This document shows, in pieces, positions 7,948 to 16,400 of a DNA stretch of 18,283 nucleotides. The stretch spans positions 1-18,283 of the forward strand of contig JAVYLQ010000010.1 of assembly GCA_038740615.1 (NCBI GenBank), given 5' to 3'. Position 1 is the stretch's first letter, and each line of letters starts with the position of its first letter. The stretch is from Candidatus Anstonellales archaeon. GTDB taxonomy: Archaea; Micrarchaeota; Micrarchaeia; Anstonellales; J096. The notes below the pieces were generated by a model. That model was not told the DNA's origin, did no database searches, and was given only the letters and a program-made list of their open reading frames with translations. Both the position numbers and the translations under genes were made by a program.

Positions 7948-9132
7948 CTATTTAATCAATTCTGCTATAAGGGTTTTTGTTTCCCCTGGTCCCAGTTCAA
8001 CTCTGGCAAACAGTGTATTGTTGTTGATCCTTAAATCTCCTTGGGCAGTATAGTTTCCATCTAGCCATATCGATATCTCCACATTCTCTCTGTAAGGATT
8101 CAGATTCTTAAGGGATATCTCTATATTCGATCTGATAATTTCTCTAGTACAATACATATCAAAATTGCACTTTCTATTCAATACATTTCTGTATAGAATA
8201 TTATACTCTATACCTCTATTCTCCCAAATATATAGATCAACGCTACTATCTTTTGGATAATAATCTATATCAACAACATTCAATAATCTTCCATATTCAT
8301 CATATATTTCTATAGTTCCAGATGGGATATCCGTTGGGGCTCTGAAGTTAATATACAGAGATGGATTCCCCTTCTGTGAGTATACCTCCTGATTATATAA
8401 GTATCCGAATATTCTATTCACTCTATCTTCCTTCAGATCTTTAGATTCTACAGTTCTGGATATAGTAGACATAGCAGGTATAACCAAATCTTTTATGGTA
8501 TATACAATTCTGCTCATAGTTATCTGCTTATCCAATTCACTAGCTTCTTTTAATTGAAAAGATTGATATCTATATAGAATTGGGTAATATCTTCTCAAAT
8601 TCGCATCTACCAATTCCACCTGATCATATCTAAATTCTCTCCTGTTATTATTGATAATTTTAAAACCGATATCTAGAGAGGAGTTAAGGGGATCAAGTCT
8701 AAGAATAGAACTACCTTCCCATTTGAGTCTATCAATATTCACATATACATAACCTATAGGATCAAGTAGAGTGGATGAAAGATTAGTATCTTGTGTTACT
8801 AATGAATTTGGATCTATTCTATAGTAATATCCTTCAGAATCCTTAACTATTACTGTATACTCATCAATCCCAACTACAGTACCCTGAACCTCTCTATTGT
8901 TCCATATGAACTTCACCCTGGTTCCCAAGTAGTTATTCATTTTCAAAAGATTATACCTACCATAGACATTCAAAACACTCAACCCATCTAGATCAATTCT
9001 ACTATCAATTTTCATCAGAGCAGAATCTCTGTATATATACAACTGGGTTGGATGTGTAGAAGATATATTCAAAGCTGTAAGTAATATTAGTAAACCTAAT
9101 ATAACCGCACCTATTGCAAAGTATCTATACAT
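7948..9132 (-). CDS. Secreted or membrane-anchored DUF4139-like beta-rich protein
   Basis: N-terminal hydrophobic signal/TM segment, then motifs in the order I recall for DUF4139/DUF4140 proteins: LYIYRDSA, YLGTRV...GTVVG, LKWEG, KIINN...VELVDA, IPSGTIEIY...IDYYPKDSSVDL, EISLKN and VELGPGETKTL. The family call is by eye. Confidence 0.7.
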   Translation of the reverse strand: MYRYFAIGAVILGLLILLTALNISSTHPTQLYIYRDSALMKIDSRIDLDGLSVLNVYGRYNLLKMNNYLGTRVKFIWNNREVQGTVVGIDEYTVIVKDSEGYYYRIDPNSLVTQDTNLSSTLLDPIGYVYVNIDRLKWEGSSILRLDPLNSSLDIGFKIINNNRREFRYDQVELVDANLRRYYPILYRYQSFQLKEASELDKQITMSRIVYTIKDLVIPAMSTISRTVESKDLKEDRVNRIFGYLYNQEVYSQKGNPSLYINFRAPTDIPSGTIEIYDEYGRLLNVVDIDYYPKDSSVDLYIWENRGIEYNILYRNVLNRKCNFDMYCTREIIRSNIEISLKNLNPYRENVEISIWLDGNYTAQGDLRINNNTLFARVELGPGETKTLIAELIK

Positions 9133-9153
9133 AAATAATATCGGATTATTCTG

Positions 9154-9161
9154 TTTTAAAA
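9154..9161 (-). promoter_or_regulatory. Putative TATA box (TTTTAAAA) for the 394-aa gene, overlapping the TAA stop of the 276-aa gene
   Basis: Ends 21 nt before ATG 9132. Confidence 0.5.
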
Positions 9162-9986
9162 GATTAGTGTTCCATCCAATGTTTTTTTAGTATGTGGTGA
9201 TAGGATAATGTCTCTGAACAGTACTCCATCTCTATATTCCATCTCCCCTTCATAATCAACTACACGATAAGTATTCAATTCTAATATTATTCTAAGTTCC
9301 TGACTGGTATCAGAAGTGTTTTCCAAATAAACCTGAATATTCATCATATTATCATTCATAGATGATTTAATGTGTGCTTTTATTATCGGATTTTGATAGA
9401 TTTTAAGATAGGTTGTGGTATTCATTGGAACACTGTCTGTTGTGGTTATAGCAATATTCTTCTCTAGCAATCCCATAATAGTTACATTACCTCTGGGGAT
9501 TGATACTTTAGGTGTAAAAACTAGAGTTCTGTAGCACAAAAGCTCAGAGCTATTTATACTATCATGGATTACATTCATCAATTCTGCCTCATATACATCC
9601 TCTCCTATTGTGAATGATCCAATACTGTTCTGCCGTAGACTAGTATTATAGAGTTCATATATAGAATATGTCTGATCGTAACTCTCTAGATCAATATCAT
9701 TCAATCTGAAATCTGAATTATTAAAATCTATTGCCATGTGATTGAATATCTTTGCCCCATAATTCAATAGAATCTCCTCACCTTGGTATATTATGAAATG
9801 ATCTCCACTCCAATATAGATCTCTGGTTAGGAAGAGCACTGGACTTATCTTAGGGTCGATAGTTATGGTGTTATCATTCAGCTCAACCAAGTATCTACCA
9901 ATCAGCGAATTATAATCTATGGTGTTCGGTAATTCCTTTTTGGAATCAATAGGAATATATGCTCCATCTCTGAATACTATATTCAT
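9156..9986 (-). CDS. DUF4139-like protein, paralog of 7948..9132, lacking a signal peptide
   Basis: Colinear similarity to its neighbour: IVFRDGA/YIYRDSA, LYWSG/LKWEG, KIFNH/KIINN, IPRGNVTI/IPSGTIEI, TYLKIY/VDLYIW, VYLEN/ISLKN and LFRDIILSPHTKKTL/LFARVELGPGETKTL. It has an ATGA overlap with the upstream gene and an SD-like GGGTGA 4 nt before the ATG. Confidence 0.65.
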   Translation of the reverse strand: MNIVFRDGAYIPIDSKKELPNTIDYNSLIGRYLVELNDNTITIDPKISPVLFLTRDLYWSGDHFIIYQGEEILLNYGAKIFNHMAIDFNNSDFRLNDIDLESYDQTYSIYELYNTSLRQNSIGSFTIGEDVYEAELMNVIHDSINSSELLCYRTLVFTPKVSIPRGNVTIMGLLEKNIAITTTDSVPMNTTTYLKIYQNPIIKAHIKSSMNDNMMNIQVYLENTSDTSQELRIILELNTYRVVDYEGEMEYRDGVLFRDIILSPHTKKTLDGTLIF

Positions 9987-10411
9987 TCTCTCACCCTACC
10001 ATATATACGTCCATACAGTACAAATTCACTGTTTACAGGAGTATTTGGAACAATAGGTTCATAATAGATCTCTAATCGCTCTGCGTAGTTCCTATTGAGC
10101 GGAATACTGACTGGAATGTTGATAGTAGAATTTTTGCCTCTATCTAATTGGATGTTGATAGTGTGTTCAGTATCATTCAACTTCAACCTAGTAATCTTAA
10201 TATCGTAATCAAAATTATTTCTCAAATTTATTATAATGTTAGACGAGTTTATAAACATGCCCTCACATCTCAGAAAATAAGGAGTTACACACCTATCTGG
10301 AAGTGCAAAAGAACCTGAATAATACGATATGAGTATTGCTACAAGGAATAGTGTTATTATGATGGCTATAGAATTAGTATACAAGAACTCTAGAGATATT
10401 TGAGCTCGCAT
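9983..10411 (-). CDS. Class III signal peptide (type IV pilin-like) protein
   Basis: The N-terminus MRAQISLEF matches the archaeal [KR][GA]-Q-x-S-x-E class III motif. It is followed by a hydrophobic helix, a P-x-x-C-x7-C pair and a small beta-rich domain with several N-x-S/T sequons. Confidence 0.8.
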   Translation of the reverse strand: MRAQISLEFLYTNSIAIIITLFLVAILISYYSGSFALPDRCVTPYFLRCEGMFINSSNIIINLRNNFDYDIKITRLKLNDTEHTINIQLDRGKNSTINIPVSIPLNRNYAERLEIYYEPIVPNTPVNSEFVLYGRIYGRVRE

Positions 10412-10430
10412 AATTATATATTGTGCATAT

Positions 10431-10438
10431 TAATTAAA
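10431..10438 (-). promoter_or_regulatory. Putative TATA box (TTTAATTA) for the pilin-like gene
   Basis: Ends 19 nt before ATG 10411, in the 29-bp gap after the giant gene. Confidence 0.4.
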
Positions 10439-10440
10439 TA

Positions 10441-13400
10441 TTATCTTCCTCTAGAAGAACCACTCAATCTTATTCTATTAACCTCTTTTATTCTCTGTCT
10501 AAATAATTGTCTATTTCTATTATTCATTATTATATCTCTACCAGTTGCTGGAGTAAACATCATCTCTGCTTTTATGATCCCCACCAGTACCTGCTCAGAT
10601 TCACTTTGACCATCTCCCTCAATTCTTCTGTATCTATCAATTCCCCTGTATTTAGCAGATTGCTCTATAAACTTAGTGGTGGCTGTAGGTACCGATTCAG
10701 GAGTTAATGAATAACCTGTGGCTGCTATGATCTGATTTCTGTACTGTGCATTCTCTGAAATTATATTCCAAGGAGTAATTGATCTCTGACTCTCCCCTAT
10801 CATATCTCCTGCTAGAGCTCTGAATTCTGTAGGTGGTAGCAGAGGTTTAAACATATATGCCAAGGATTTTCTGGTAAGGTTAAGTGCTCCTGATATAGAT
10901 GAATAAGGTAATATATATTCCTCTATTAGAGCTTTAATCGGTGCGGTAGATGGAGAGGTTGGAATAGTCTTTAGTAACAGTGTAATTGGTGAGACAACGT
11001 ATAACATAGGGAACATCATGAATGGAAGACTGTAAGAAGGTAGTTCTGTAGAATAATATGTACGCTCTTCATAATATCCAAAATATCTACTCCATCTTCG
11101 TTGATTCATGTTATATCTATCTGTAAACACATCTTTATTCAGCAAGATTCTTTCATTCAGGGTATTCATCACTATATTACCAGAACTCTGATCTATGTGA
11201 CCATAACCTGGTAGATCATAATATGTACCTACAAAAGGAGATAGCCAATGGTGGAACATGTGGGAAGGTCTATATGTCAATAGTTTCTCTTCCCAATCAG
11301 ATATCAAAAGACCTTCTGTCGCTCTTATCTTTGAAGCTCTGTAATCCAACCAATTCTGGAGATTCGGAATAATGTGTGGACCAAAAATCCTCTCTAGATT
11401 GTCTACTATATATCCAAAAGGCAATCCAACAGTTCCCATTCCAATGATAGTTGCATAGAACGATATTGGATACCAGTGAGAGTACATATTAGGAGAGAAT
11501 GGTAAAGGTAGATATGCCCAAACATGTGCGTATGGTAGATCGCTTACAGGATATCTATTGAACTGTTTTGCTGATGTGAATTTGCTTATAGGAGAAAAGT
11601 TAGGATCATTTAGCATCTGGGATAATCTATTTATATAACTGGTTGATAGCTGAGGTGTATCTATTGTAGATGTTGTGGAGAAGGATTTGTTCAATCCTCT
11701 GTAAAGTCTAGAGAAGTATTGTAATCTGGAGAACATTGATATCATATAATTGTGAGCAACAATATCTCTTACAAAAGCAGGGGTCAGAGGCTGTAAAAAT
11801 GACTTTGCAACTAGGTGAAGAGGGAATCCTAAAACCATATTTAATCTACCCATCCAACCCAATCCTGAATAATTTGGTGTTTGATCTAGAAGGAAAAGTC
11901 TAACTATATTTGGTATATCATCGTAACCAGATCTGTTTGCAAAATAGTTAGCAACATGCAATCTCATGATATTATTCATTCTTATTAGATCCGCAAGAGT
12001 AGGATCATATTGAGGAAGTAGATTTGTGTATACCCCTTCTGTTAATCTTCTAGATCTTATCCCTCCATCATTTGCTAGAATAGAAGGTTGATCTAAGACT
12101 CTGTACATTATAGCTATATAATAAGGCCAGAACAATCCACTTCCAGCATAGAATGTAGCAGATATATCTGCTCCTCTGTACTCACTGATACCTGCCCATA
12201 CCCCTTTAGGAGATCGCACAACCAATGCCCAAGCATTCATGTAGTATCCTCGCTTATAGCTCAGATATGCTGTTTCAAATTCATTCAGCTCTTCAAATGC
12301 CTCGATTATAGCCTCTTCTAGATATGTCCTTCTAGCTATATGTTCTGGATTATCTGGGTTAAGAGCTCTATACTGATCCATAAGTTCTATAATATTTTCC
12401 ACTAATGCTCTCTCAGCTAGCTCAAACATTCTATTCACTATGGGATATCCATGCTGTATCATTGCTGCTGCATGACCAAAGTGCTCAACATTAACGAAAT
12501 ACATGTTTGCATACTCTGTAGCTGCCAGAGTTTTATTTATCAGAACTAATGCGGTAAGATCCTTCCATGTGGCAATTAATCTATCTCTAAGATTAAAACC
12601 TATCTCACCTCTAGGTACTAACCCTTCCCACAATCTATTATTCATACTATTTACAATCTCACGTATTCTATGACCTACATTCGAACCAGTATCTAACACC
12701 ATTCCTCTTTGAATCAGATTTCTTACAGAATAATTATCCAGATTCATTGCTCCTATCAACCCTGTAATCCCTAGAACTCTCTTATCGTTAGAAACAGAAT
12801 CTATTATAGCCAAAGCATCCAAATAAATAGGGATATGATTGGATATCTGGTTCATCTTATTATTCATGAACATCTGTTCTATCAGTCTGTAATTCTTAAC
12901 ATAGATACTTACCTCTGACTCTTTAATGCTGTTGATATTAGGGAATTGCTGCTTGAGATATTGAATAACTCCAATTCTAGTATTGAATTCATCAAGCATT
13001 ACATAAGCCATAAACCTGATGTGAGGGTTGGAATGCGACTGAGAAATATGCTGAAGAGCAGGTAAGATCTGTGCCAATTCGTTTATATTCTCATTCAATC
13101 TATGATATATCCTCTTCTCAGCTAAGCTGTCATTAAGTAATGACTCAAGCTGAGATCTGCTAATGTTAACACCATTATTGCTCAAATACTGATGTATAGA
13201 ATCTATAATCTCATTTCTGTATTCAGCACTTCTCTTGTACATAACTAATCTGACGAAATCGTACATAGCTGTATGTAGGGCTAGCATCATATCTGATTTA
13301 CTCATTTTTGGGGATAGACCAAGTCCAGTATAGAATGCATTCAATGCCAATATTGGATCTCCAACGTATTGTACAGATAGATCAACAAAATCTTTGGATA

Positions 13401-16400
13401 GCCAGAATGCTGTAGCTCGCATCTTACCTATATATCTACTACCGTAATCACCAGGATCCTGATCCAAATGCACGAATCTACCGTCTATTGCATCAACTAT
13501 ATGCACAGATGATCCAGCTGGAGCCTCAAATGATGATGATGGAATTTTGGATACTGCCTGTTGCATCTTCTCTACAACCCCCTCTAGCTGCTCATCTGTT
13601 AATTTAGATCTTCCAATTGCTCTGAATAATGATTTATTGATAGCCCTGGTTCTACTCATCTGTCCAAAACTCTTAGGTCTGAGCACTAATTCATCATCAG
13701 CAATAATAGTATCTATATCATTAAATACCTCTGGCAACCATACAGTATGTCCACCCATACCGTATATCCTCTGTTTTGAGAATACTCTTGTATTAGGATC
13801 AATATCCACGACTCTACTCTTTTCATGTCCAAACAACAATCTATTAACAACACCAACATTCAAATCTCCTGGATCTACACTATTCTTAACAGTCTGGTAA
13901 TTAGTATCTGGACCAGGCTTTCTCTGAATCACTGCATTGTGCAAATTCAGATAACCAGCAGCAACCATGAAAGCTCCTAGAGTGTGTGCCAGATGACGCT
14001 TTGAATATATGCTATTCTGCATCAGAGTAGATGTCTGTAACAATTGTTTCTCTATCTCCTGCTGGAACCATTCTGCTTTGGCACCCTCGGGACTGTTCTG
14101 ATATACTCCTTTGTTAGCTGCTAAATACCTAATAGCTTCTCCTACTCTTTCTGCAGCCATCATGTTATTCTTCTTAACAGCATATATTATAGGTATCTCT
14201 TTGATTTTTAGACCGGCCATTCTCTCATTTCTTCGTAATGAACTAACTATTCCTGCTTCTGTAGCCATTTCTCTATTGAATTCTGCAATAGATTTAGCTG
14301 CTTCTATTAATTCTTTCCTGTTTGCTATATACCAGATGTCTTGGGTTTGATATATCTCTGATTTAATACTGTCCATACCTATGGCAAATAGCAATTCCTT
14401 GTAATCCCCAGATAGATATGTTAGATTAGAAGTACTATGGAATATATCTGATGCTCTCTCTGGATCGCTTAGAGCTCTGAAAAGTTCTGTATCACTCATT
14501 TGATTAACCGGAGAGATTAAATCATGTGAACTGAGTCTTCTGATAGTTTCAGTAAATAGCCTCTGTCTCTCATAATTATCCTCCACACCTACTCTCACTG
14601 CTGCTCTACTAGCCTCAGTAGCCTGATTATTATCCCAAATATTCTGTACAAACTCTGATCTAATCGTAGAATTTGATTTAACCAAATGGGTAAGCTGAAA
14701 TTCATCAGTAGAATTCTTCATATCCATCCAATTCCATGTAGAATTCAGATCATAATTTGCACGAATTCTAATCTGAATAGCCTCTATTACTCCATTAATT
14801 ATTGATTCGGCCAATCCACGATTCTTCAATTCATCTCTAATATTCTCTACATTCCTGGATCTTACATAATTATCCATCAATTCAACAATCTCTCTCTCAC
14901 TCAGATGCTCGTTCAGCTTACTGTACAATTCATTCATCACAACTACATCACTTATTATTCTTGAGGATTCAGCTATAAGTGTATCCGCATTATGGCTTAG
15001 ATTAGTACTCAAATAGTTTCTGATATAAGAACCTACTTCTGTGTTTACTTTGCCCCCGTCCCATCGTATAACTGCTTCTCGTATAGAATCCGAATCTACA
15101 TTATCTAATATTGCATCAATCACAGTTCTCCTAACAGCATCGTCAATTATTTCTTCTCTAATACCTTCCTGTCTAGCTATAGCTACTGATTCAGAGATAT
15201 CTCCGGTATACAACATTCTCAGATAGTGATGATTCTCCACAGTAACATTCTCCTTACCTAGAATCTTTAGCATAGTTATATCAAAACCCTCCCTAACTCC
15301 AGGCATGTATTCATAAGATATTTGCTCATTAGATCTTAATTCTGATTTAATAACTGAAGATCTGTACATCTCGAGCATATTTGCTACTACTAGAGCTATT
15401 AAACCATCACTAGCATCGTTAAATATTGCTACTGATTGTTCTTGCTGACTACCTATAGGTTTATATATTGATGCAAATTGTAAATTGTTCAAATCTTCTG
15501 ATAGAGCAAGGTATTCCCCTATCATTGAAGAATCAATCTTATCCCTAAATTCAGGTCTCAGGAGATCTATATTAGCTAATCTCTCCTCACCATCACTCAT
15601 CTTAACTCTGGTAAAGAACTCTTCCAATCTCTCTATTCCCTGAATTATATTTTCTGATGAATCAACATATCTCCTCAACAGATCTTTGTATCTCTCAAAA
15701 ATAGCTCTCTCAACAGGATCATTTATTACATATATGGAATAATCTTTCTCCTTCATAGCAATGATCTCCAACTTCTGTATGGCGTATAACTCCTGGAGTA
15801 ATCTATTCAATTCTTGATCTTCCTTTAGATTATCTAATCTAGAACTTATCTGTCGTATTTTATTTATATCTAAATGCAAATCTGTGTGCTCAATTAACTT
15901 TCGGATATCATTAACAAGATCTGGATATCTCTTGGATAGATAGTTAATAAGAATTATTGTTGAGAGATTTCTGCTTGCAGTCTGCAAAGATACAACGAAG
16001 GCTTCGGCTACATTATCTGGAGTGACTTTTATGAGTTCTTTGTGAAAAGCAGGAGTATGGTAATATCTGATAGTTCTATAGAAAGAGGTTCTTACACTTG
16101 CTGCTGGCCCTACAACCAATGCAGCAACTACGGGGAATATCATTGCATCATACATCCAATTAGGGATTACTTTTACAATATTATTTATAATATTTATCCC
16201 TCTTTCAGAAAGCTTGATCCCAAAGGCACCGGAGATGGCAGATGCTACATTCTTATCAGCAAGCTGTTTTATAGATTCATCAGCCTCTTTTATTTTCTCC
16301 TCTACTCTTTCTACAATTTCCTCATCTCTAATCTGTCTTAGCGGATCTCTAGTGTATTTGATTAGCTTGAATGGGTAGACAAATGATAGGGCAAATGAGA

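Noticed and set aside
9983..9986. Possible frameshift fusing the pilin-like gene to the signal-less DUF4139-like gene
   Set aside because: There is no slippery run at the junction. An ATGA overlap with an SD is ordinary translational coupling. Read-level checks could exclude an assembly indel.
12472..13995. Class I synthetase-like words in the giant protein: KMSKS (13294-13308), HLAH (13984-13995) and HFGH (12472-12483)
   Set aside because: There is no Rossmann-fold context. The better HxGH match lies after KMSKS, which is the wrong order, and short matches are plausible by chance in 2401 aa. A structure prediction of aa 1200-1500 would settle it.
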